NCBI RefSeq assembly: GCF_001194135.2
Contig: NC_068982.1
Coordinates: 16,319,683 to 16,371,675, forward strand
Direction of reading: 5' to 3'
Length of the DNA stretch: 51,993 nucleotides
DNA from: Octopus bimaculoides
Lineage: Eukaryota
Below, piece after piece: positions 23,961-36,182 of this stretch; the stretch's first letter is position 1, and every line of letters begins with the position of its first letter. The position numbers were made by a program, and so were the translations under genes. The notes below the pieces were generated by a model. It worked only from the letters and a program-made list of their open reading frames with translations. It did not search any database and was not told the DNA's origin.

Positions 23961-24243
23961 AACTAAAACTACATGTGTAGAACAAGAACATGTTAATCAA
24001 TCAATGTAACCTCATGTACAAACGTATACATAAATACATCCTTACATATGTATCATCATCATCATTTAACATCAGTCTTCCATGCATGCAAGGGTAGGAC
24101 GGGTGACAGGAGCAGGCCAGGTAGAAGACTACCCCAGACTACTGTTTCTGTTTTGAAAAGGGTTTTATGGCTGGATGCCCTTCCTAACACTGAGAACATT
24201 AATCTGATGGCTTACTCTACACTTGTGTAGAGTACAAATTTAT

Positions 24244-24370
24244 TATTCTTAAACAAGAATGCTGTTGACTGTGACTTTGACGTTTTAGCTAGTTAAGCCA
24301 TTGTCAGACTGATGATGGCTTAATAGGTCAAAACTTTGAAGTCACTATCAATAACATTCTTGTTTAAGAA

Positions 24371-24372
<2 letters not shown>
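24244..24372. repeat. Imperfect 129-bp palindrome with hammerhead-like (Penelope-end-like) cores back to back
   Basis: ATTCTTAAACAAGAATG...TTAAGCCATTGTCAG-A-CTGATGATGGCTTAA...CATTCTTGTTTAAGAAT. Confidence 0.85.
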
Positions 24373-24413
<41 letters not shown>

Positions 24414-24853
24414 AGTTCAAATTCCGCCGAGGTTGGCTTTGCCTTTCATACTTTCAAGGTCAATAAATTAAGTACCAGCTGAGTAGTGGGGTTGATCTAA
24501 TCGACTGGCCCCTTCCCCTAAAATTTAGGGCCTTGAGCCTAGAGTAGAAAAGATTATTTAAAGCAGTTAGATTTAGTCCCATGCAACTTAAAGTTGTATT
24601 GGGCCCAATCAAACTGTATTAAATAATAATATAACTGACTCCTANNNNNNNNNNNNNNNNNNNNNNNNNNNNNNNNNNNNNNNNNNNNNNNNNNNNNNNN
24701 NNNNNNNNNNNNNNNNNNNNNNNNNNNNNNNNNNNNNNNNNNNNNNNNNNNNNNNNNNNNNNNNNNNNNNNNNNNNNNNNNNNNNNNNNNNNNNNNNNGT
24801 GTGTGTATATATGTATCTATATGTATATGTATCTTTATTATTTTATGTATGTA

Positions 24854-24910
<57 letters not shown>

Positions 24911-27232
24911 ATGTTCTCTTATTTATATATGCTCTAAGCTATGAATTCTCATTACATGTAGTATATTTCAGATATTTCTGCTTTTGCTGGCAGCAGTAAT
25001 TCAATTGTAAATAATTACTGCATTGGCATGGTCATAATCAAAGTCCATTTAAGTACGGAATTTTTGTTTCGAAATCCCTACCTGAAAGTGCCAGTAAATT
25101 GTCTCCGCATTGTCAAGTTCCATCTCAGGAAACAACTAAGATCAATCAAGCACTCACTAATTACAGATATTTCCATATGTTAGCTGACCAATACTAAATT
25201 AAACACAATGAAAGCTATGAGGCAGTACCAACTGAATTCCTATTCCAGAATGAATTATTTTGCTTTCAATTCATGCAGATACTTTTGGAATAGCAATAAC
25301 CCTTATAAGGTCACTTCATCTGCTAAACATAGCAGCCAAATCTCTATCAAATTACACTGTCTGAAAAGAAAAACAGCATGGTCCTGATTGGAATGCTTTA
25401 TATCAAAAGGGTGTGTTATAACACTATTCTACATATACAAAAACAGCCATAGCAACAATCCAACATAACTCCATCATCAGCTGCCCCACAGATATCATTA
25501 TGGTTTCGACACCTGGGCAGTACCATTCAATCCAGCGGTGTCAACAGCACTAAAAGAAGTGTTGTTTGGGAACAAACATACCAAAAAAACTACTTGGGAG
25601 TTGTTTAGATTAGTGACATTAAGAAAACTGACTTGTCTTATGGCTAGATTAAATGGTAATATCTAAGCTTAGTTCTTTGAAAATAAGATGTAAATCATGT
25701 TCCTCACAAGTGGTTTTTTTCAACTCAACTCATTAGCTACACCTCAGGCAACTCAATTCCTCCCCACTTTTACTTTTCTTCACTGCATTTGTCTCCTCCT
25801 TCTTTCTGCAATGCTTTCCCAGCTCCCCATTTTTATTATGTTCATGATATTTTCTCAGATATTCTTCATTTCAATTCCAAATGTTTGACAAATGAAACTA
25901 TACTAGATTGTAATCCTGAATTTTTTTTAGCTTTATTAAACATCTACATTTTTTCTTACATTCAATATTGAGTTCTTAGTACCCAAGTACAAGAGGACAA
26001 ATTAGCAGATTGTATATGGTTTTTAAAAGAGAAGAGAATCAAATAAGACATCAAATGGAGAGTGATCAAGAGGTCAAAGATATATATAAATTGAACCAAG
26101 AAGTTCAGACATTTTACAAAACCTCAAAGATCCTTATTTTTGCTTCAACATCAAAAATGAAGTCATTACAAGATGCCCTCACATGGACAAGTACATATTA
26201 ACCAACCGAGAAGCCCAGCCTCTGGCTTGCACACTACTATTGTGAACCACCTTACTGTGAAGGACACCTTTCATACATTCTGCTCTTTCTGTTTTTCACT
26301 TCCTCTTTCCCACTATATTCTTCTAAACATCAACCCTACCCTTTCTCATTTCTTCTTTTTGTTTTCTCTTCCTGTCTTGGATTTTATTTCCTCCCTTCCT
26401 TTAGACTTTTCAAATGTCTCTGTTACCAACTTCTTACCTTCTATGAAGCATTATTCTTACAACCTTGATCCGGAATACTTTTCATTCAGATACTACCACT
26501 ACTTCCACTCTAATAACTTAAGAACATCAAACAATCATTTGATTATTCTCTTCCATTTCTTTTCTGACTAAATTTGATCATATTGTTTCTTCATGTCATT
26601 ATCATACATAGTCCAAGGGAAATGATCCTAGCTAACTAATTTATAACATTAAGATCCTTGGGCCATATATTTCTTTAGAAATGAACTTTATCTCACATTT
26701 CCTCAGACTCTTTCCTCTAACATGAGATTTCATAGAGTAACCATCTTGAATAATTCCTTTATTATTTAAACAGTCCCAATCAGTATAGAATTTTTCTATA
26801 GACCTACTTATGATTTGTTTCTCAAATAAAACAAATAACTTGGATATGAATAATTGTGTTATACCCACTAAGAGCATGGGCCCTATAATTATTTCAACTA
26901 ACAGAAAGCTTGAAAAGGACATGCACTTCATCATACTACTTTCTTCTTTATTCTTGGTTATTTTTGTTTGTTTTGTTGACCATACACAAGATAATGCTCT
27001 CAAGCTAAATGACTGAGATTTTTTTTTTGTTTTATGTATTTATTATTTATTTATCTTGTTTTTTGTTATTATCTCTCTTCACAAGCTACAATGAACAACC
27101 ACTCATACTATGTAATTAATTAATGTTATTAATTATGAATATGATCACTCATTACATCTCTATTGTCTTGTTGCTTGTTTAGTCATGGCTAAGAATTCAT
27201 GCTAAAATTCTGCGGATCTCTAATCAAAAGAA

Positions 27233-27266
<34 letters not shown>

Positions 27267-27739
27267 TTACCTCACTACCTACTTACATACTTATCTCCTT
27301 AGGAACACTTAGTTATTAGATTTCTTCCTTAATATCTTCATTACTGATTCAGGTGTTAAGAATTGCTCTCATTTTCTCATTTACACACAGCCCTATAGAC
27401 TGCTTTGGTCAGGTTAAGTAAATTTTCATATAGTCCACACAGCATGGCCCCTAGTAATTACTTTTAAAAAGGGCATATGTTTCTTTTCCCTAGATGCGCC
27501 CATCTACCCTACTCCATCCACCATAATTTCCTATAAGGCTTTCCTGATGTGTTTTCAGGAAAACTACTACCATCTTGAGCAGCCTCCTGGTGAAAAATGT
27601 TCTACAGGGATCCCATGTCTCCTTGCATTTAGCTCTGCCACCCAAAGACATTGACATACAGCCACAATGTATATCCATATGGACATATATTCATAATGTA
27701 TACCATATTGTTGACACATCTCTTTCACCTCGTGCAGTA

Positions 27740-28090
27740 TCACTCTGAACATACCAATATCACATAAAAAGCATCCGTGTAGGCGTTCCATATAAAACAT
27801 CCATGCAGGTTCCACATAATAAAAGCATCCGTGCTGGCACCATGTACTGAAGGCACTTGTGCCAGTGCCACATAAAAGGTGCCCGTGCTGGTGTCACATA
27901 ATAAGCACCTGGTACACTCTGTAAAGTGGTTGGCGTTAGAAAGGGCATCCAGCCATAGAAACCATTCCAAAACAGACGACTAGAACCCGGTGCAGCCCTC
28001 TGGCTTGTCAGATCCTGTCGAAGCATCCAACCCATACATAGCATGAAAACAGATGTTAAATGATGATGATGATGATGATGATGATGATGT
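27740..28090 (+). mobile_element. Family C element with about 28-bp degenerate internal repeats and a (GAT)n tail
   Basis: Same tail as the other copies; a related minus-strand copy with an expanded array lies at about 30515-30980. Confidence 0.8.
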
Positions 28091-28233
28091 ACATGTGTCA
28101 TATGAGTCTACGTTGGTGTTAACAATAGCCCACCACAAAGTTTAGCCTTCGTAACATGTATCGTATCTCAGGAAACCAAGACTACTACACACTAGTTTCA
28201 TAACAGTAATAGTGATAATAAAAATTATGATTC

Positions 28234-28594
28234 GTAACATATAATTGCCAACCAAGTGTGGCGTCCTATACAGGACAGTGCTACTGACGTTTATAGCCCC
28301 AGGAAGACATCTCTTCCAGCTGGCTAACGACACACATTCTGTGTCTGATTAGTATTTGCGAGAGGATGTCATTGCTTCCATCTCTAGCTTTATGACTCTC
28401 TAGCACACAAACTTAAGATTTTCATGTGTATCATGTAAGGCAAGAGATGGAAGCGATGACCTCTTCTAGCAAATACTAATCAGACACAGAATGTGTGTCG
28501 TTAACCAGCTGGAAGAGATGTCTTCCTGGGGCTATAAACGTCAGTAGCACTGTCCTGTATAGGACGCCACACTTGGTTGGCAATTATATGTTAC
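28234..28594. mobile_element. Foldback MITE with 159-bp arms and a 43-bp spacer
   Basis: GTAACATATAATTGCCAACCAAGTGTGGCG...CGCCACACTTGGTTGGCAATTATATGTTAC. About 7 mismatches over 159 bp; outer about 85 bp perfect. Flanks gattc/aattc. Confidence 0.9.
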
Positions 28595-28837
28595 AATTCC
28601 GTATTGCTACTGTTTATATCTCGCTCAGAAATTTAATATAGAATAATTATGATTACTAGACTTTTAGATTGACTGGGAAAATAATAGCAAATCAATTAAA
28701 GGTGGAAGTGTCTAACTATGTGAAATTGCTGTCAAGCTATCACATAAAATTTTTATGGTGTGAGGATAGGAAGTGTGAATATTCTGAATTGCAAAACGAT
28801 GAGTGAAACAAAGTCAAGACATCATTAAGGAGGAGAA

Positions 28838-29150
28838 TTGTTGTTGTTGTTGGCACTCCGTCGCTTACGACGTCGAGGGTTCCAGTTGATCCAATCAACG
28901 GAACAACCTGTTCGTGAGATTAACATGCAAGTGGCTGAGCACTCCACACACACGTGTACCCTTACCGTAGTTCTCGGGGATATTCAGCGTAACACAGAAT
29001 GACAAAGCTGGCCCTTTGAAATACAGGCATAACAGAAACAGGAAGTAAGAGTGAGAGAAAGTTGTGGTGAAATAGTACAGCAGGGTTCGCCACCATCCCC
29101 TGCCAGAGCCTCGTGGAGCTTTAGGTGTTTTCGCTCAATAAACACTCACA
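28838..29150 (-). mobile_element. 3' portion of a further octopus-type SINE family with an (AAC)n tail
   Basis: GTTGTTGTTGGCACTCCGTCGCTTACGACGTCGAGGG...; a matching 3' fragment is in plus orientation at about 50716-50763. Confidence 0.75.
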
Positions 29151-29619
29151 AGGAGAATATACAGCACAATAACAGCACACTTGCTCTTATTGAGACACAA
29201 CAGAAAGAGGAAAATCCACAAAGAGGGTTACCCAGACACCTCCTCATCACAATTTTTCTTTCTTTTTAGCTCCATCTGATCATTCCAACCCTTGCTTCTA
29301 AAATGTGTTCTGTTATGCCCCGCTCCCTTTTTTTTTTATATATTTACTTTTATCAGTCATCTCCTGGTGAAAAGCTACCCTCCAGGAATTCTTGCAAGTG
29401 GCATCATGATCTTACTAGTACTGGTGGCACACAGAAATAAAAGCCTGTAGTACATACATGCTGTAAAGTGGCTGGAATTAGGAAGGGCATCAAGCTGTAG
29501 AACTATGCCAAAGCAGACACAGCAGTACAATGCAGACCCATCAGATCTTGTCAAGCCATCCAGCCAGTGCCAGCATGGAGAATGGATGTTAAATGATGGT
29601 GATGGTGATATATTGGTTT

Positions 29620-29825
29620 CGAATTTTGGCACAAGGCCAGCAATTTCAGGGGCACGATTAATTTGATTACATCAACCCTAGTGTTCAACTGGTACTTATT
29701 TTACAAACTGCAAAAGGATGAAAAGTAAAGCCGACCCTGGTGGAATTTGAACTAAGAACATGAAGACGGATGAAATATTATTAAGCATTCTGCCCAGTGT
29801 GCTAACGATTCTGGCAGCTTGCCTC
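29620..29825 (-). mobile_element. SINE family B, decayed
   Basis: GGTGGAATTTGAACT...GCTAACGATTCTGGCAGCTTGCC. Confidence 0.8.
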
Positions 29826-31649
29826 CCTAGTGATGATGATTCAGACAGCTTATGTCTTTCATTGTTGCTTTTTCTTTATGACTTAGTCAGAGGAGGAGGA
29901 AAAGTGGCACCTATGATCCTTTTCAGAGCCTCCAAGTTTAGTGGGAGTAAGAGAGAAAGTTATCCTCAGACTAAAAACTCGGCTCATTTGCTTGCAACAG
30001 ATTAGATATCACTAAAATCACTCTGGAGAATAGGTAAAAGCATTAGGCATGCAATGAATTTGGAGATATTTTCTTTACATTCCTTGGAATGTCAAAACTA
30101 ACAATAATCAAAGACTTAGTTCTTCTGACAACAGGACAGAGATTCCATTTCAAAAAAAATTTTCCTTCTACTGCATTCACATCTCATGTAAACCCTGGTC
30201 TTAGAAAAGGTAGGAGATGACTAAATTGGTTGGAGTTAGAAAGGGTATCCAGCAATAAAGAAAGGAACCACGATGGTAATGAGGGACATTGGGCCCACAT
30301 GGCTAACCCCAGCTTTGGACAGGGGAAAAAAAACTGACATAAAACCTTTGCTGTTGCCTTCTGTCATATTCATACACTAATCTCCTCAGGTCAAGCACCT
30401 GAGAGGAAGATGCATGTGGTTACTCAACTTGCTAGAAATTAGAAATAGCAACCAAAAGTCCCTCAAAACATAACAATCATCTTAAAAATAAAGGAAGAAC
30501 ATATTGGCTAATATCCAAAATGGGTTGGATGGTTTGACAGGAGCTAGCAAGCCAGAAGGCTGCACCAGGCTCCAATTGTCTTTGGCATGGTTTCTATGGC
30601 TGGATACCCTTCCTAACTCCAACCAGAGTATACTGGGTGCTTTTTATGTGGTGCTACGAGGTGCTAGTACTGGTGCCTTTTATGTAACACTAGTATAGGA
30701 GCCTTCTGCGTGGCGCTTGCATGGGTGCTTTATCTCATGGTGCTAGAACTGTTTCTTTCTTATGTAACACTGAAATGAGTGCTTATCACATGGTGCTTTA
30801 TTTCAAGGTGTTAGCATGGCCCCTTTTCATATGTGGTGCCAGCACAGGTGCTTGTTGTATAGTAGCAGCATGGGTGCTCTTTATGTGGTGCCAGCACAGG
30901 TACTTTCTAAGTAGCACCAGGATGGATACTCTTTATGTGGAATCAGATGTTTTACACATGGCACTGGCACAGGTGCTTTGCATGTGTATGTATGTTACAG
31001 GTATAAATGAGTATCATACAAGCAGTGTACCTTGTTTGCAGTCTTCCTTGAAAACGTATCCATTCATGGGGAAATATTACTTTACTTGGAAACAGATGAG
31101 TGTTGGCAACAGGAAGGGCATCTGGCCATAGGAAATCTGCTTCACTGAATTCTGTCTTATCCATGCAAACATGGAAAAGAGAATGTTAAAACTATGATGA
31201 TGATAACATAACAGGTTCCACACAGTTTGTTTTTATCTAACAAATTTCATTCATAAAGTGTTAACAGAAAGTACTCGTCTTAAATATTGTGTAGTGAGAT
31301 CGAAGCCAGAACCACCACACAGTTATGCAGGAAACTTCTTAATGCCACAGCCATCAGTCAGTTTTCTATCAGGCAAAATAACATTATTTTTCTGAACTAA
31401 AACTCATGCTGGCTTATTACTTTTAAGCAAGTTGTCTAATCCCAGATATCAGCTAAATATATCAGTTTAGAAAAATTAGAAATGTATCACTAATGGGTAT
31501 CAAAACCTGGGTTATTTTGAAATTTATTGGAACACATGGGCTACTCGTTCTTGCTAGAAATGGTAACGAAAATGATCTTCATTTTCATTATATGTTCTGT
31601 AAATGAGAACATGAGCTGATAAGAATAAAAATATCATTCAATATCATTT

Positions 31650-32120
31650 TGCATGTTTTCCCATGCAATCTGGCTTAGACAGGTCTTCTCCAACACAACA
31701 TCTTCCCAACTGTTGCAGTTCTTTATCAGTTTCTTGAAATCATCTTTCACCGCTTCACTCTATGTCTTTGTTGATCCTTTCTCAAACAAATTCCTTCCAT
31801 TTGGATCGTTTACCATTCTTCACTCCACTATCATCCTCCATACCAGCTGCCTTCTCTCTGGTACACTGCTTCTGGTTCTTCTTGTACCCATTTTATTTTC
31901 TCAGTTCATTTGTGCTCAGTCATTCATGTGCACCAACATTACCCCTCCAGTGGACCAGGTTTGCTTCTTTTCTTCTCAACTTTCACACATCCAAAACATT
32001 CAACACAATATTTTGGTACTATATAACATTACACTTCATACCAAAGGCATCACACAATCTGCCCTCTTCATCCAAAGAGGGATTTCCTCTGTTGGCAACA
32101 GAGGAAAAGCTTCCTGATTT
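31650..32120 (-). mobile_element. Decayed RTE LINE 3' fragment
   Basis: Reverse complement is similar to the RTE ends at 8370-8830 and 23600-23960. Confidence 0.55.
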
Positions 32121-33359
32121 TTTTTTCCACTCAGTTCTTACTCTGGCAATTATCCCTTTGCATCCTTTTTCTAATGTTAATTAAATCCCAATGGTAACAA
32201 AAGCTATCATCTGCTTTAAAAAAATATATCAACTAAGGGATAATTTAAAGTAGTTAAAATAAGCTGCAACCGATGCAGTTTATTAATTGAACAAATAGAA
32301 ATAAGTGTTCACCTATAGGCAACACACCCACTGTTTTACTTAGAAGTGCATCAATAAAATAATTATATCTATTGATCTATTGCTTTCCCATTTTGTTAGT
32401 AAAATCCAGCTGCTGTGATCGCATAGTATAAGCAATTCTACACAACAAAGAAATCTTAACCTTGAACAAAAGCATAAAATATGCTGACACAGTAAAATAT
32501 TAGTTGCATCCATCTTTCCAATTTAAACACTTCAATAAATAAATGTGTGTGTGCGTGTGTGTGTGCATGTGCGTGTATAATACAAACTAAAACTGCTAAA
32601 CATGTTGCCATATCTATATTAAAGATATTGAATTTTTTTTTAATATTGAGTGCAACAAAATTTTAAAGATGTCATAATATTTGTTTTTTGCAAAGAAAAG
32701 AAAGGACTTTTATAGGAAATATTTTGGTTATAAACTGCTAGTTAGTCATCCTCTATTTTATGGTATGTACTATGAATCCTTATACTTCTAAGTGAATTTC
32801 TGACCAAAGTTAATTTTTGGAAATTAATAAAAATAAAAATACCCACATACTGGAAATGGCTCAACAACAAAAAAAAAAATTCTTTATGTTAAAATATAAA
32901 GAAACAATATCAATTTTCTTAAGATCCACTTTGCTTTTCATTTCTCCACAGTTGATAAATGAAGTACCAGTTAGGTACTGAGGACTTATTTAAAATCACT
33001 AACCTCCCCTCCTTGCAAATTTCTAGTCTACTGCCTATGTTACATAAACAGTAATAACAGAATAATAGAATTAACTAAATCTAGTTTTCTTTTTTCATAC
33101 TCACACAAGTTTTACTACAGAAATAAAACCTTCACTTAAGTATAATAGGTTCACAAGACAAAATTAGCTAAAATATCAACCATTGAACTTATTGTCATTT
33201 TGTCATTAAGAACATTTAGTTGTAATGTAATATTGTCTATTAATAATGGTATCTACTTAATAGAAAGTAATTTGCAGCTTTTCTATATCCTTTACAGAAT
33301 ATACAAATATCTAATAAAGTTTGCTATCTATACTGTATCTTTCTTTTTCTCCTTTTTAC

Positions 33360-33747
33360 CAACTGGTGTTACACAAAGGTAACAGTTTTGTGCTTGCAGA
33401 CAGTTTATAGCAAACAAAACATTCAACAATTTGCGTAGTGACCAACTTCTTTTCATAGTGAATTCAATTGCTACTTGGTAAGCTATTGTTGTTAAACAGT
33501 CTTCTGTCTTTTCTGCTCAAGCACATCTATGACACCATCAGAGTTGCTACATGTTTGAACAACACATAAATCATCTTTAACCCAAAATAAGAAATACTTT
33601 AGAAAATACATGCAGTGTTTGGCAGTGTGAGGATCAGTGAGACAGTCACAGAATGCTGCACACATTTTGTCAGACAGTCTGTTCAAATATGATTGACAAA
33701 TCTCAAGATGAAGTAGTTGCATGCTGTCAACTTAATGTGACAGTCCC
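33360..33747 (-). other. Candidate 5' UTR exon of the host gene containing a 76-aa ORF (33722-33492)
   Basis: Strong acceptor tattattcccttcAG|G; possible donor TTG|GTAAAA; higher GC than the flanks; no repeat similarity recognised. Confidence 0.4.
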
Positions 33748-33872
33748 CTGAAGGGAATAATACTACTGTTGGTTAGACCTAGGAAGCTGCACCGCTTCCT
33801 GCCAACCTTGACACATTTCCTGTGTCCTTATGTTTACAAGGGGGAGACAAGTACCTCCACCCAGCTAAGCTT

Positions 33873-33920
33873 GCATCTCGAGACATGTTTCTGAGTCTTT
33901 GCTCATCATCAGTCTGGAGT
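33873..33920 (-). ncRNA. Minimal type I hammerhead ribozyme motif (Penelope-associated type)
   Basis: ACUCCAGA-CUGAUGA-UGAG(caaaga)CUCA-GAAAC-AU-GUC^UCGAG: intact core, 4-bp stem II, palindromic stem III ACAUGU, GUC cleavage triplet; stem I has a 2-nt bulge. Confidence 0.65.
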
Positions 33921-34302
33921 AGCATGACCTGCTAGTCGAAAATGCCTGTCAAGCTCTTGTAAAGATATAATAATTCTAGTGAAATACATTCACTGATTTC
34001 ACTTATTTCTAAATCTCAACATGTCCTTAGCAAAGACAAGACACAACTAAGATGAATTGCACCATTAAAATTTGAGGGGTTTCTTTTTCTTTTTTTTTTT
34101 TTGTAGAAACTTATTGCAACATCAACAACAATATACAAAGCACATCTTATCTTAGTGTGAATTATATATAACCACATAGCTATGAAATCACTTTAACAAC
34201 GGCACAAACACAAGCAAAAGCAAAAATGTTGCAGTTCAATATTTACTCTCCCATAGTTGAACAAACAGCTTGATCTTAAAATATTCTGATTACAGGACTG
34301 AC

Positions 34303-34558
34303 TCCTGTACAGGTGGCATGTAAAAAACACCATTTTGAGCGTGGCCGTTGCCAGTACCGCCGGACTGGCCCTTATGCTGGTGGCACAAAAAAAGCACCCA
34401 CTACACTCTCGGAGTGGTTGGCATTAGGAAGGGCATCCAGCTGTAGAAACTCTGCCAGATCAGATTGGAGTCTGGTGTAGCCATCTGGTTCGCCAGTCTC
34501 CAGTCAAATCGTACAACCTATGCTAGCATGGAAAACGGACGTTAAATGATGATGATGA
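34303..34558 (+). mobile_element. Family C (RTE-tailed) element
   Basis: AAAGCACCCACTACACTCTCGGAGTGGTTGGCATTAGGAAGGGCATCC...GGACGTTAAATGATGATGATG. Confidence 0.9.
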
Positions 34559-35071
34559 AGAAATGAAATTTATATCCAGAGTAAATCATGTTCCTCTCTT
34601 CTATCGCATTCATCACAGTGGAAACTACTGATTTTGTATTGTTGTTTTACGTCTTGTTTCTATTTATGATATACACTGGACACACACACACACATATATA
34701 TACATATATATACCAAGCTGGTGTAATTAAAACTTAGCTGTAAATAGGGAGAGAAAAATTGAAGTAAGATATTTAAAATTCTATCTTCTTACATAATAAT
34801 GAATATATTTTACTAAGTACAAGAGTGGTTTTGTTAGTGTTCAACTCCAGATCAGCTCCGAACATGAAGACCTGTCATCACATGTGACCTAGTGATGACA
34901 ATTTCATCTCATTTTCAAGCATAGTATATCAAGGATTACATTATCCTATGAACTGATCTATTTTTGTTAAGATGATTGAGTGTCATTTTGCGGGGCTGTA
35001 ATATAAAAGTTATCTCATTGGCTCAAGGCCAATTTTCATAGGGTAAGGCTAAAGTTGGTTGGAATAACTCT

Positions 35072-35833
35072 ACTATTGCATGGGCCGAAAATTCTTTTCA
35101 GGTTTTTCCAACACTAAATTTCAAGCACTCTGATAAATAGAGGGTGATGTAATGTGTAGTCACTTGTGCATGTACATACTTGACACTTCAATGTAATTGG
35201 AGACACAAACTTGTGACAAGACAAGGCTGTATTCAATGTGCTTGGGATCACTCTGAAAATGGAGAACCAAAGCAAACATTATCATCAATTCATGTTTTCT
35301 TTCTTGTTTTGTTTTTTAATGTGAAAAAGCAAAAAAGTATGAGAAAAGTGTGTATGCTGTGTGTGGAAAGGATGATGTTACAGAATGTGTGTGCCAAAAG
35401 TGGTTTTCAAGATTTTAATCAGGGAATCTTTTGGTTCAAAATGCACCTCTTTCTGGCCAGCCCAGTAAGATTTAACAGTAACAAAATAAAGGACATAGTA
35501 AACACAAACTCCCATTATAGAACCAGGATGATCCAGACGTTTTCCAAATATTCAAATCAAGTGTTGAAAACCATCAGCATCAGCTTGACTGCATAAGTAG
35601 GTTTGATGTTTGGGTCTCACATCAATTGAATGAGGCTAACCTCAAACAACAGATTTCCATCTGTGATTTGTTGCAGAAATGTGAATGGTGACAAGGGGTG
35701 AATAGTGGATCATCTATGATGATGTGAAGTGCAAACAATCATGGGAGAAACACAGCAAAGCACAACAAACAATCTCCAGAGCAGGACTTCACCCAAAAGT
35801 TATGCTTTCAATTTGGTGGGATTGAACGGGTGT
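35072..35833 (+). mobile_element. 5'-half relic of a mariner (Tc1/mariner) transposon
   Basis: From ATG at 35259: MENQSKH..., CQKWFSRF*SGN, FDVWVSHQL (WVPHEL motif), I.ICDLL, WIIYDD, AGLHPKVMLSIWWD; frameshifted and truncated at 35833. Confidence 0.9.
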
Positions 35834-36151
35834 TCAAACTGGCTAGATCCAGCCTCTCACACCTAACCTACAATGTCATTCTAAAAATAAATCCCCAAAC
35901 CATCGAAATCTCAATACTATGTAATGCATTGTCGTTGTCGTTTAACGTCCGCTTTCCATGCTGGCATGGGTTGGACGATTTGAGTGAGGACTGGTGAACC
36001 AGGAGGCGACACCAGGCTCCTCAAAATAGTATGAATAAATGAATAATTACATTTGACACTAAACTGAATCCTAGAGTTAGTATTTGTTGTTCTATCGTCT
36101 CATCTATTTCCATTTCCTTAGACATCAAATATATAGGCTTTCTTGTTGGCA

Positions 36152-36182
<31 letters not shown>

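Noticed and set aside
25082-25135. 54-nt minus-strand exon-like segment (LFPEMELDNAETIYWHFQ)
   Set aside because: Weak acceptor and it cannot join the main ORF in frame; likely chance
25690-27016. Cluster of 60-132-aa ORFs on both strands
   Set aside because: Probably an old retroelement remnant, but I could not identify any conserved motif, so no call was made
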